Part shown: piece after piece, positions 26,653-35,762 of the stretch
Layout: every line of letters begins with the position of its first letter
How positions within the stretch are numbered: the first letter of the stretch is position 1
Source: an uncultured Nitrososphaerota archaeon
GTDB taxonomy: Archaea > Thermoproteota > Methanomethylicia > Methanomethylicales > Methanomethylicaceae
Assembly (NCBI GenBank): GCA_964477685.1
Contig: CAYZHK010000001.1
Location: 1-60,090 of the forward strand
Reading direction: 5' to 3'
Length of the DNA: 60,090 nucleotides
Made by a program: the position numbers and the translations under genes
Notes under the pieces: generated by a model
The model's database searches: none
What the model saw: the letters and a program-made list of their open reading frames with translations, nothing else
Told to the model about the DNA's origin: nothing

Positions 26653-29286
26653 ATGGACAAGGCTTCAGAGAAGAGGTCCCCAGTGGGCGCCGCCCTGATT
26701 GCGGTGACCACATTCGTTGTGTTGATACTATTCAGCTATTTTGCGCTGGGGATGGTTGTACTCATTTCGGCGGCCGTCGGGCTGGTGGCCTACTTCAAGC
26801 AGAGGTTCACATCCGCCCTTCTAACTGCCTTCCTGCTCATCCCTGCCATAGCCATACTCCCCCTGGAGGGGAGCGCCTCGCTCATGCCGGTGGTCGTCTT
26901 GGGGCTCTCATTTGCCGTCGTGCTCCTCCTCTCCGCCATTGACTGGTTAGGCGCCCTCCTGGGGCTCTGGCTTGGGCTCATGCTCTACTCCCCTGCCGTC
27001 GTCTTCCTGGCCCTCCCCGCCCTGGCAGTGGTCTCCGCCTTCGGCGGAATAAGGAAGTCCCTCTCTGCAGCCCTTGTCTTCGCCACCTTCGGAGCCATCA
27101 TGATGAATTCCTTGGTCCTCGGCATCCCCGTACCCGACGCCCTCTACTATTACACCGCCTTTTTCCCCAACCTCAACGACATCTCTTCCATCCCCTTTGC
27201 GTCTGCCGCCCTCTTCTACCTCTTCGGATCCGGCTGGCAGACAAGCCTGGGGACAGGCACCTCGGGGCTGGTCCTGAACAGCACCCCCATCTACTTCATA
27301 ATCGTCTCCCTCTCCACTATCCTCCTCTCCTTCTACGTCTGCAGGCTCCTCAGGGCAGTTCTCAACCAGCCATTGTCCCGGCTTGTCGCCTCAATAGTTG
27401 GGGCCTCCCTCGGCGCCTCCCTCTACGGGACGCTTTCCCTCGTGGGCATCTCCGCGGGCGCGGCCTTCCTCTCCTCCTTCTCCTACATCGCACTCGGGCC
27501 ACTCTTCCTCCCCAAGCCCAGGCTCTCAGCTCAGGGCATAGCCCAGATGCTGAGCAAGCCCGCCCTCCTGGAGGTCTCAGGAGGCAGGGCGAACGGCTCG
27601 GTGCTGGTGGAGAAGAACCCCTCCAAGGGATTCAGGAGCATGGACTACTGGGACAAGGCGAAGGGGTTGGACAGCGTCAAGGAGGACCTCTTCAGGTCCG
27701 TCGTCCTGCCCATGCACAAGCGTTCAGAGGCTGAGCGTTTCGGGGTCAAGCCTGTCAAGGGCATCCTCCTGTACGGTCCGCCGGGGACCGGAAAGACAAT
27801 GCTCCTCAGGGGGCTTGCATCGAAGCTGGCCATGACCTATGTCGAGGTCAATCCGGGCACGCTCCTCTCCAAATGGTACGGCGAGAGCGAGCAGAGGATG
27901 AGGGACGTGGTGGAGACGGCCATCGGAGACTCGCCCTCAATTCTGGCCATCGACGAGATCGACAGCATAGGCAAGGAGAGGACCTCCTATGCCCATGACG
28001 ACATCACCCCTAGGGTCCTGAACGTCCTCCTCATGGGCATGGACAGGATCTTCCTGAGCAGTGCCGAAGTCCTCATGGTGGCCACAACCAACAGGCCACA
28101 GATGCTGGACAGGGCCCTGTTGAGGTCCGGCAGGTTTGACAAGATAATATATGTGGGCCCGCCTGACGCGGCAGCGAGGGAGGAAATCTTCAGGCTTTAC
28201 CTGGGGGCAAGGGGGGACGTCGTCTCGGACAGCATCGACTATGCCCGGTTGGCCTCGCTCTCCGAGAGGTTCACCGGGGCCGACATCGAGGCCCTGGTCA
28301 ATTCGGTGATGTCAAGCGCTTTCTACAACAAGGTGCTCGAAAACAAGGAGCAGAAGATTACCCCGGAGGTGCTAGAGGCGGCCATCAGGGCAACGCGCCC
28401 CTCTCTGGACACCTCCATGATTGAGGAGTATGAGAAATTCCGGGTCTCCTACCAGCGCGACAAGAAGGTGGTGAAGGGCTGGGAATCTGGCATCTCCGAC
28501 ATAGGATTCGACGACATAGGCGATCTGGACGAGATCAAGGCCTCGTTGAAGGAGTCTTTCCAGCTGCCGCTGGAGAAGCCAGACCTCCTTAAGCGCTTGG
28601 GCGTCCAACCGGTCAAAGGGATCCTGCTCTATGGTCCGCCTGGCAACGGAAAGACCCTTCTGGCGAAGGCAGTGGCCAACGAGGTCTCCGCCAACTTCTT
28701 CACCCTCAGCGGGGCGGACATGATCAAGAGGGGCTCCTCCCAGGCTGCAACCATGATCAAGGAACTATTCAACCTGGCAAAGGACAATGCCCCTGCAATT
28801 GTCTTCATAGATGAACTGGACCAGCTTGCCCCTGACAGGAGCAGCCCGGTCGGCGTGGACTTCATTCCGGTGACCACCCAGCTGCTTGGGGAGTTGGATG
28901 GCATCAAGGAGCTGAACGGAGTCATGATGCTCGCGGCCACCAACAGGCCTGAGAGCGTGGAGCAGGCCCTTCTGAGGCCTGGAAGGCTGGAGAAGCACCT
29001 CTACGTCCCCGCACCAGACGAGGAGGGAAGGAGGAAGATCTTCGAGGTATGCCTGAGGGGCACCAATTCCAAGGATGTCTCGGTGGAGACGCTGGCAAAG
29101 CTCACGACTGGATTCTCAGGGGCGGAAATCTGCGAGACCGTGAACAACGCAAAGAAGGTTGTCCTTGCAGAGGCGGCGGGTGGTTCGAGCAGGGACTGGC
29201 TCACCATGGACGATTTCAGCCAAGCGTTAGAGAGAAAAAGGAAGGAGACTATCAACCCCAGCCTCATATCCCGCAGCGAGTTCTGA
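26653..29286 (+). CDS. Membrane-anchored tandem AAA+ ATPase (Cdc48/VAT-type D1-D2 with a polytopic N-terminal membrane domain)
   Basis: The first ~290 aa are hydrophobic helices. Two AAA modules follow: GILLYGPPGTGKTML...ILAIDEIDS and GILLYGPPGNGKTLLAKAVA...IVFIDELDQ. Confidence 0.8.
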   Translation: MDKASEKRSPVGAALIAVTTFVVLILFSYFALGMVVLISAAVGLVAYFKQRFTSALLTAFLLIPAIAILPLEGSASLMPVVVLGLSFAVVLLLSAIDWLGALLGLWLGLMLYSPAVVFLALPALAVVSAFGGIRKSLSAALVFATFGAIMMNSLVLGIPVPDALYYYTAFFPNLNDISSIPFASAALFYLFGSGWQTSLGTGTSGLVLNSTPIYFIIVSLSTILLSFYVCRLLRAVLNQPLSRLVASIVGASLGASLYGTLSLVGISAGAAFLSSFSYIALGPLFLPKPRLSAQGIAQMLSKPALLEVSGGRANGSVLVEKNPSKGFRSMDYWDKAKGLDSVKEDLFRSVVLPMHKRSEAERFGVKPVKGILLYGPPGTGKTMLLRGLASKLAMTYVEVNPGTLLSKWYGESEQRMRDVVETAIGDSPSILAIDEIDSIGKERTSYAHDDITPRVLNVLLMGMDRIFLSSAEVLMVATTNRPQMLDRALLRSGRFDKIIYVGPPDAAAREEIFRLYLGARGDVVSDSIDYARLASLSERFTGADIEALVNSVMSSAFYNKVLENKEQKITPEVLEAAIRATRPSLDTSMIEEYEKFRVSYQRDKKVVKGWESGISDIGFDDIGDLDEIKASLKESFQLPLEKPDLLKRLGVQPVKGILLYGPPGNGKTLLAKAVANEVSANFFTLSGADMIKRGSSQAATMIKELFNLAKDNAPAIVFIDELDQLAPDRSSPVGVDFIPVTTQLLGELDGIKELNGVMMLAATNRPESVEQALLRPGRLEKHLYVPAPDEEGRRKIFEVCLRGTNSKDVSVETLAKLTTGFSGAEICETVNNAKKVVLAEAAGGSSRDWLTMDDFSQALERKRKETINPSLISRSEF

Positions 29287-29304
29287 GGGGGCAAGGACGG
29301 GGCT

Positions 29305-29628
29305 TCAGGTAAGCTTCTTGCCGCACTTCCTGCAGAAGCTTGAATCCTTCGGGTTCTCTTCCTGGCAGTGGGAGCAGATTATCGGGCTCCCCTTCAGGGT
29401 GCTTCTGATGTTCTGGCGGGTATCCTTGTATGCCCTGTCCAGCTCCTTCCCTGCCTGGGTGAAGGCCTTGTCGATCTCCTCTCCAGCCTTGACGAAGGCC
29501 ACCCTGACGTCCTCTATGGCTGGATAGGTTTTTCCTGCCACTTCGCCCGCCGGCGTCCTGTGGCCGCAGTTGCTGCAGAAGAATGCCCCCTCCAGCAGCT
29601 CCTTCCCGCATCTTGAACAATAGGTCAT
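29305..29628 (-). CDS. Double zinc-ribbon protein
   Basis: CSRCGKEL...CSNCGH at the N-terminus and CSHCQEEN...CRKCGKKL at the C-terminus. Confidence 0.6.
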   Translation of the reverse strand: MTYCSRCGKELLEGAFFCSNCGHRTPAGEVAGKTYPAIEDVRVAFVKAGEEIDKAFTQAGKELDRAYKDTRQNIRSTLKGSPIICSHCQEENPKDSSFCRKCGKKLT

Positions 29629-29746
29629 TTCGATCCGCTCTCCTTGATCTACACTCTGTTTTTCAATTTAAAGTTGACTTTACCTCAGGGAGCTTTATTT
29701 ATGCCCCCTCCCAAGTTGTATTTGCCATCCGGCTGGGGGGACTTGG

Positions 29747-30352
29747 ATGTTCGAATTTGGCAACGTTAGGTTCAGGCCCATCGAGAAGGCAGACTTGGCG
29801 CTCCTTCACGAATGGGAGAACGACTCGGAACTGATGATGCTTTCCAGGAGCCGCCCGATGAACTTTGCCAGCAATGCACAGCTCGAAAGGCAATACGACG
29901 AATGGTCGAGGGACGACAATACGCTCCGCTTCCTGCTCGAAACCATGGCTCCCAAGGAGCCAGTGGGCGTTGCCCGCGTTGAAAAGCAGGATCAAGGGAA
30001 CGTGAGGTCTGCCGATATCGGGACCTACATCGGCAACAAGGAGTTCTGGGGAAGGGGGCTCGGCAAACAGGTAACGGTCGCCCTCTTGGAATTAGTCTTC
30101 ATTCAGCTCAACCTCGAGCGCTGCGAGGCATGGAGTGTGGAGTACAATAGCCGCGCCCACACCGTGCTGGAGGGCTGCGGCTTCAAGAAGGGAGGTGCCC
30201 TGAGGCAGGCCGTCTACGTGAATGGGAGGAAATGGGACCTATTCCACTTTGACCTCCTCCGGGAGGAATACATGGCGGCTCGCGTGGCCCTAGTGAAGGA
30301 GGCCCTCGGTGTGAAGGTCACCGAGTACATGGAGCGGCTCCAATCCCTCTGA
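29747..30352 (+). CDS. GNAT-family N-acetyltransferase (RimJ/RimL-like)
   Basis: FRPIEKADLALLHEWEND..., GNKEFWGRGLGKQV (acetyl-CoA binding Q/RxxGxG/A). Confidence 0.75.
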   Translation: MFEFGNVRFRPIEKADLALLHEWENDSELMMLSRSRPMNFASNAQLERQYDEWSRDDNTLRFLLETMAPKEPVGVARVEKQDQGNVRSADIGTYIGNKEFWGRGLGKQVTVALLELVFIQLNLERCEAWSVEYNSRAHTVLEGCGFKKGGALRQAVYVNGRKWDLFHFDLLREEYMAARVALVKEALGVKVTEYMERLQSL

Positions 30353-30403
30353 GCAGCCGCAGGCGTCAATCTTATTACCCCTTTTCGCTAACCCTTCAAG
30401 CTA

Positions 30404-30709
30404 GTGCCTATGGTGATATCCTTGAAGATCAAGCTGTACACACAGGAGGGCTGCGTCAACTGCGCAAGGGTCAAGGCCATCCTCCGGAGGATGCTGCCCG
30501 AATTCAACCTCGCCTATTCCGCCACCGTCTCCGAGCTTGATATCAGTGACTCTGAGGTGCTTGCAGAGCTCATGATGATGGATGCAAGCTCCGTACCCGT
30601 GATCGTTCTGGGGTCCTCCTCCCTGATCGGCCCTCCGGTCCTCGACCAGACGCGCCTGAGAGGCCTGATCGGGACCAACCTCGAGGCGCTGAAGCAGGAA
30701 ACGGTCTGA
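30404..30709 (+). CDS. Glutaredoxin/thioredoxin-like small redox protein
   Basis: KLYTQEGCVNCARVKAIL (CxxC after beta1), VPVIVLG. Confidence 0.65.
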   Translation: MPMVISLKIKLYTQEGCVNCARVKAILRRMLPEFNLAYSATVSELDISDSEVLAELMMMDASSVPVIVLGSSSLIGPPVLDQTRLRGLIGTNLEALKQETV

Positions 30710-30773
30710 TGCTGCCCATACGTGGCAGACCGAAAAGGTTAATTTGCTAACCTACGATTCCATTTTCTGAGTT

Positions 30774-30851
30774 GGGCCGATCGTCTAGCCTGGTTAGGAT
30801 ACCGCCCTGACACGGCGGTGGTCCCCGGTTCGAATCCGGGTCGGCCCACCA
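30774..30851 (+). tRNA. tRNA-Val (GAC), CCA encoded
   Basis: Acceptor GGGCCGA/TCGGCCC, anticodon arm CCGCC-CTGACAC-GGCGG, T-arm CCCGG-TTCGAAT-CCGGG. Confidence 0.9.
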
Positions 30852-30912
30852 CCCGCTACCTTTCCATTAATATACCCTTGGTACAGATTATAGTAATATC
30901 AGGTGGCCATGC

Positions 30913-31650
30913 TTGTCCTCACCCCATGACCAGTGGGCCCAAGTCTACGACATGATCTACGGCAACTACCGCGACGATGTCGACTTCTATCTTGGCGAAG
31001 CCAAGAAGGCAAAGGGCAAGATCCTCGAAGTTGCCTGCGGAACCGGCAGGATCTACCTGGAGCTCCTGAAGGAAGGTCTAGACGCGGTGGGGATAGACAT
31101 ATCCGAGGAGATGATCGCCGCCCTCAGGGGGAAGGCGGCAGAAATGGGGCTCAAGCCCAGAGTCCATGTTGCCGATATGCGGAACTTCAGTCTAGAGGAG
31201 AAGTTCAGCCTGATAATCGTCCCCTTCAGATCATTCCTCTACAACCTCACGACCGAAGACCAGCTGAAGACGCTGGCAAACTTCAGGGGACACCTCGCCC
31301 CAGGCGGCAGGCTGGTCCTGAACTTCTTCTACCCGGACATCGAGAGGATGATGAGCTTCGGGAAGGAATCTGAGGACCTCGTGGTCATGGAGAACGGGAG
31401 GTTCCTCTTGAGGGAGAAGTCCTTCTTCGTGGACGAGGTGAACCAGACTATAGAGACGGTGGCAGCCCTCTTCAAAGACAACGAGCTGTTCTGGAAGGGA
31501 TCCTACCGGCTGGCCTTCATCTATAAGAGGGAGTTCGAGCTCCTCCTGAGGCTGGTCGGCTTCGGAAAGAGCTCGGTCTTTGGCGGCTTCGACAGGAGGC
31601 CCCTCTCCTCCTACAAGCAGGAGATGGTCTGGATCGTGGAGAGGGGCTAG
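30913..31650 (+). CDS. Class I SAM-dependent methyltransferase
   Basis: ILEVACGTGRI motif I, acidic motif II. Confidence 0.75.
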   Translation: MSSPHDQWAQVYDMIYGNYRDDVDFYLGEAKKAKGKILEVACGTGRIYLELLKEGLDAVGIDISEEMIAALRGKAAEMGLKPRVHVADMRNFSLEEKFSLIIVPFRSFLYNLTTEDQLKTLANFRGHLAPGGRLVLNFFYPDIERMMSFGKESEDLVVMENGRFLLREKSFFVDEVNQTIETVAALFKDNELFWKGSYRLAFIYKREFELLLRLVGFGKSSVFGGFDRRPLSSYKQEMVWIVERG

Positions 31651-31667
31651 ACAGAAGAGGAGGTAAA

Positions 31668-32924
31668 TCAGAGGTCTATGAACCTGTAGGCCTCGTCGTC
31701 ACTCTCGAAGGAGAATTTGACCTTCCGGAAGGAGACCATGAGTTTCTTCACATCCTCCCTCACCGATGCAGGGTCCTCCCTATCGACAACGACTCTCTTG
31801 ATTAATTGGGCCACCCTGTTCATGTCGTCTTCAGCCATTCCCAGCCTGGTCACCTCCTGCGTCCCCAGCCTCACACCCGAGCAGTCCTCCTCGGTCTTGT
31901 CGTAGGGGAGAGGCGTCTTCGTTGATATTATGAATGCGTCCTCGAGCCTCTTAGCCGTCGCGTCACCATTGTTGTTCGTTCCCTTGAAGATCACCTGGTG
32001 GGACTTGGTGAAGCCAAGGTCAGAGCCCAGGACATCGAGCCCCATGCCGTGGAGCTGCTCTGCAAGACGCTGGGAATTCTTCACCACCTGCCCGGCATAC
32101 CCCTTCCCAAAGGCCAGGAACTCTGCCAAGGCAATGGAGAGCCCCGCAACCCTGTGGACGTGGTGGTTGTTTACCAGCTGCCAGGCAGCGTTGTCTATGG
32201 CTTTTGCATGCCTATTCTTGCAGAGTATTATCCCGCCCTGCGGGCCGAAGAAGGTCTTGTGGGTGCTCCCTGTCATCGCCTCGGCACCCTCCCTCAAGGG
32301 GTCCTGGAACTTGCCGCCGCCGATGAGCCCCAGCACGTGGGCAGCGTCATAGGCCACCATGGCCCCGACCTCATCGGCTATCCTCTTGACCTCCCCTATG
32401 GGGTGGGGGAAGAGCATCTCGCTTGCCCCAAGCAGTATAAGCTTGGGCTTGACCCTGACAATCAGCTTCCGGGCTTCCTCCACGTCAATGTTCATCTCCT
32501 CCATCGAGAACGGCAGCGGCACCAGGCTGACCCCGTGGATCTTCGAGGTTTCCCGGAAGCTCGCGTGCCCGCCATCAATGACGCTGAGGGCGGTTACCAC
32601 ATCCCCCGGCTCGGTCAAAGCATTGAAGAGCACTAGATTGGACATGGTGCCCGATATGGGCACGTAGTTGACATGCTCGGCCTGAAAAACCCTCTTGGCC
32701 AGGTCAGTGGTCACACCCTCCAGCTCGTCAACATATTTTGTGCCCGTGTAGAACCTGTTGTGGAGGAACCCGATGGCATAGCGGTTTCCTAGGTCGGAGA
32801 TGAGCATCTCCTTAACGGCCTTGCTCACAACATTCTCGCTTGCTATGAGGTTGATGCAGGAGCCCCTCCAATCGGTATGCTCCTTCACAATAGTGCGGAT
32901 GACATCAATCGATTTGGTACTCAA
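31668..32924 (-). CDS. glyA: Serine hydroxymethyltransferase
   Basis: INLIASEN, MTGSTHKTFFGPQGG (PLP lysine motif), 418 aa. Confidence 0.9.
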   Translation of the reverse strand: MSTKSIDVIRTIVKEHTDWRGSCINLIASENVVSKAVKEMLISDLGNRYAIGFLHNRFYTGTKYVDELEGVTTDLAKRVFQAEHVNYVPISGTMSNLVLFNALTEPGDVVTALSVIDGGHASFRETSKIHGVSLVPLPFSMEEMNIDVEEARKLIVRVKPKLILLGASEMLFPHPIGEVKRIADEVGAMVAYDAAHVLGLIGGGKFQDPLREGAEAMTGSTHKTFFGPQGGIILCKNRHAKAIDNAAWQLVNNHHVHRVAGLSIALAEFLAFGKGYAGQVVKNSQRLAEQLHGMGLDVLGSDLGFTKSHQVIFKGTNNNGDATAKRLEDAFIISTKTPLPYDKTEEDCSGVRLGTQEVTRLGMAEDDMNRVAQLIKRVVVDREDPASVREDVKKLMVSFRKVKFSFESDDEAYRFIDL

Positions 32925-33056
32925 ACTCGAACACCTTGGACTTTAATTATGGAGCTGGGACCAATTATTTAACTTTAACCAGCCTGGCACATGGATCAGC
33001 GGTGGTCGGCAGGCCCGATGGGGGCTGCCACAGGGTCATTCTGGCGGTTGAGATCC

Positions 33057-34316
33057 TCAGAGCCTGAAGCTTTCGCTGAGCGATGGGGCGGAGGCCTCAA
33101 ATCCAGCTTCCTCCCTTATCCGCTCTGCCAGGGCTGTGCAGGAGGCAGCCTCGCCATGGATGCAGAGGACCTTTGGGTTGCCCTTAAAGCCTTTGACAAT
33201 CTCCATCATGTGGGGGCCGTCGCAGTGGGAAGAGAAGTTGATCCACTCAATTCTGCACTTCACAGGCTTCAGCTCGCCCGGAGGGCCATACCTCCCCTCG
33301 TCCACCAGAAGGCGTCCAGGCGTCCCCGGTATCTGGTAAGACACCAGCACAACCCCGTCCTTCGAGTGGTTCCTAATCTTCTCCATGTACCTGGTCGAAG
33401 CCCCTCCCGTAAGCATCCCTGAGGAGCTGATTACCACCCCAGGCCTGTTCATAAGCTTCCTCCTATCTCTGTCGCCGGCGACCCACTTTGCCCTGTCCAT
33501 CCCGTCCTTGAGGAATCTTGGGTCCCTCAGCTCCTCTGGCCTGCTCATTATCACCCTGCTGGCCGTCCTGCTCATCCCGTCGAGTGCGATATCGTACTTA
33601 AAGCCCCGCTTCTCCAGGATGCAGAGAATCTCCTGGGATCGCCCCACAGAGAAGGCTGGAATCAGGGCCAGACCGCCACCTTCAACAATGTCGGTCACGG
33701 TCTCCACCAGCTTCCGTTCCTGCTCCTCCCTTGGCGGATGTTCCACCGTGGCATAGGTGCTCTCTATGATTGCCATATCGAGCTCTGGCAGGTCGGGCCT
33801 GGCGCCCCTCAGGAGGGCGGTGTCTATGGTGTTGATGTCCCCCGAGTACCATATCCTCTTCCCCTCTAGGGCGACCAACGCGTTTATGCTCCCCGGGATG
33901 TGGCCAGAGCTCTGGAAATCCACCTGCGCACGGCCAATCCTCCTGCTTTCGCCCCCCACCTCAGTGCAGTTGTCAAGCATCGTCTTCAGCTCCAGCGCTT
34001 CGAAGGGTATGTAGTAGGCCGACAGATGGAGCAGGTCCCTGATCAGTATGTCCGTGAGTTGCTTGGTCATATTCGTCATGTATGCTGTCGGCGTCCCCGA
34101 AACGTAGAAGAAGGGGGCTGAGCCCGAGTGGTCTAGATGGGCATGTGTGATGATGATCCCGTTCAGATCCTTTGCCGACGTTGAGAGCGGCATGACGGGC
34201 CTATCCTCCCTGACCAGAACTCCATAGTCGAGAAGGATCTTCGTACCTTCTCCTTTCACCTCAATGCATGAGCGGCCGACCTCTTTGCCCGCTCCAAAAA
34301 CAGTGACTGATACCAA
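33057..34316 (-). CDS. Beta-CASP/MBL-fold ribonuclease (aCPSF2-like, no KH domains)
   Basis: IIITHAHLDHSG, a later SGH and a terminal HGE motif, ~420 aa. Confidence 0.75.
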   Translation of the reverse strand: MVSVTVFGAGKEVGRSCIEVKGEGTKILLDYGVLVREDRPVMPLSTSAKDLNGIIITHAHLDHSGSAPFFYVSGTPTAYMTNMTKQLTDILIRDLLHLSAYYIPFEALELKTMLDNCTEVGGESRRIGRAQVDFQSSGHIPGSINALVALEGKRIWYSGDINTIDTALLRGARPDLPELDMAIIESTYATVEHPPREEQERKLVETVTDIVEGGGLALIPAFSVGRSQEILCILEKRGFKYDIALDGMSRTASRVIMSRPEELRDPRFLKDGMDRAKWVAGDRDRRKLMNRPGVVISSSGMLTGGASTRYMEKIRNHSKDGVVLVSYQIPGTPGRLLVDEGRYGPPGELKPVKCRIEWINFSSHCDGPHMMEIVKGFKGNPKVLCIHGEAASCTALAERIREEAGFEASAPSLSESFRL

Positions 34317-34435
34317 GTTAAACTAAACCTCCGGAAATGAACATGAAAAGATTTCACTTCTCCTTAAAAAGGATTGCCTAATTAGTCAATATATTTGGAC
34401 GTGCTAGTTTTATTAGACAGCATAGTAAAGCAGAG

Positions 34436-35164
34436 ATGGAGTTGTGCCAATTGGTAGTCAAGTTTCACCTGAAGGAACCCAATCTGAAGGGTTCAGTTCT
34501 CATCACGGGCTTCCATGGCCTGGGAGCGACCGGCTATATCTCGGTCAAGCACGCCGTCACGTCGACTGGGGCAAAGCTGATTGGATATATCTCCACCGAG
34601 AGGATCCCTCCATTTGTCTCCATGGAAGAAAACAGGCTATCGCTTCCATTCGAGATCTACAAGAAGGACAAGTACGTCTTTGTCATAACCAACGTGCCGC
34701 CACACCCGAAAGAGAGGCAGGAGTTCTCCAGGGAACTGGCCGAATGGGCCATGTCCGAGGGATTCACCGCATCCTACCTCATCGGAGGCCTCGACAACAG
34801 GCTGAAGCCCAGCGAAGGCGACAGGATACGCTGCACCGCCACAAGGGCCTTCAAAGGCAATGAAGACCTTGGAATACCGCTCCTCGAGAAAGGGCTCTTT
34901 GTGGTAGGCCCCTTAGCTATTATGCTTAGCTGCTTCGAGATAAAGGGGTTCCCGGCGATTTCTCTCCTCCCCTACGCCAACCCGACGAGGCCCGACCCAA
35001 TGGCCGCAGCGGTAGCAGTCCAATACCTCAACAAGCTAACAGACATGGCAATAGATGTTGCCCCCCTCGAAACCGATGCCCAGAGGATAGAGTCCGAGAT
35101 ACAGGAACTCATGAAGCAGAGGCAGGAAAGAGTAAAGTCAGACAACAAGACCCTCTACATCTAA
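34436..35164 (+). CDS. PAC2-family (proteasome assembly chaperone-like) protein
   Basis: VLITGFHGLGATGYISVKH is typical of the archaeal PAC2 family. 242 aa. Confidence 0.65.
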   Translation: MELCQLVVKFHLKEPNLKGSVLITGFHGLGATGYISVKHAVTSTGAKLIGYISTERIPPFVSMEENRLSLPFEIYKKDKYVFVITNVPPHPKERQEFSRELAEWAMSEGFTASYLIGGLDNRLKPSEGDRIRCTATRAFKGNEDLGIPLLEKGLFVVGPLAIMLSCFEIKGFPAISLLPYANPTRPDPMAAAVAVQYLNKLTDMAIDVAPLETDAQRIESEIQELMKQRQERVKSDNKTLYI

Positions 35165-35165
35165 G

Positions 35166-35762
35166 CTAGAGGCGTCCCTGCCTTGAGAAGGCCTTTCCGC
35201 CTTTCCGCAGGGCTTCCAATATCGACTCCGGCTCCTTCTCCGCCTCCAGAAGGGTGAAGGCGGAGCCGATCTCCTTCCTTTCGTGCGCGTCGCTCCCTCC
35301 TACTGCTGGAATTTTCATGTACCCGGCATATTCCTTTGCCAGCCTGTTGGTGGCTGCATTGCATTTCCCATTCAGCGTCTCCACGAGGTCTATGCTGAGC
35401 GAACCGCAACCGTCCCCGAGGGACTGCCTCGTGAAGTCAAAGGGGTGAGGGGCGACCACAAGCCCGCCTATGGCATGGGCTCTGTCAATGACGTCCCGCA
35501 CGTCCTTGGACAGAGGAGGGTCCTCCAGACCGAGTATTATCACATGCCCTGAGTCTGTCGTCACCTCGATGCCAGGTACCACAGCAATCCCCCTGAAGAG
35601 CCCGCTACTCTTGACGCGCTTGTAGCCCTCCATATTGTCATGGTCAGTGATGGCGATGGCGTTCAGGCCGGATGATGCAATCCCCTCGCGGAGTTGGCTT
35701 ATCGTTATGGTGGCGTCATGGGAACTGTTGGTGTGGATGTGTGCGTCCAATAATATTTTCAT
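35166..35762 (-). CDS. PHP-domain phosphoesterase
   Basis: ILLDAHIHTNSSHDAT, ITDHDN, GGSDAH. The start overlaps the tgtA stop (ATGA). Confidence 0.75.
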   Translation of the reverse strand: MKILLDAHIHTNSSHDATITISQLREGIASSGLNAIAITDHDNMEGYKRVKSSGLFRGIAVVPGIEVTTDSGHVIILGLEDPPLSKDVRDVIDRAHAIGGLVVAPHPFDFTRQSLGDGCGSLSIDLVETLNGKCNAATNRLAKEYAGYMKIPAVGGSDAHERKEIGSAFTLLEAEKEPESILEALRKGGKAFSRQGRL

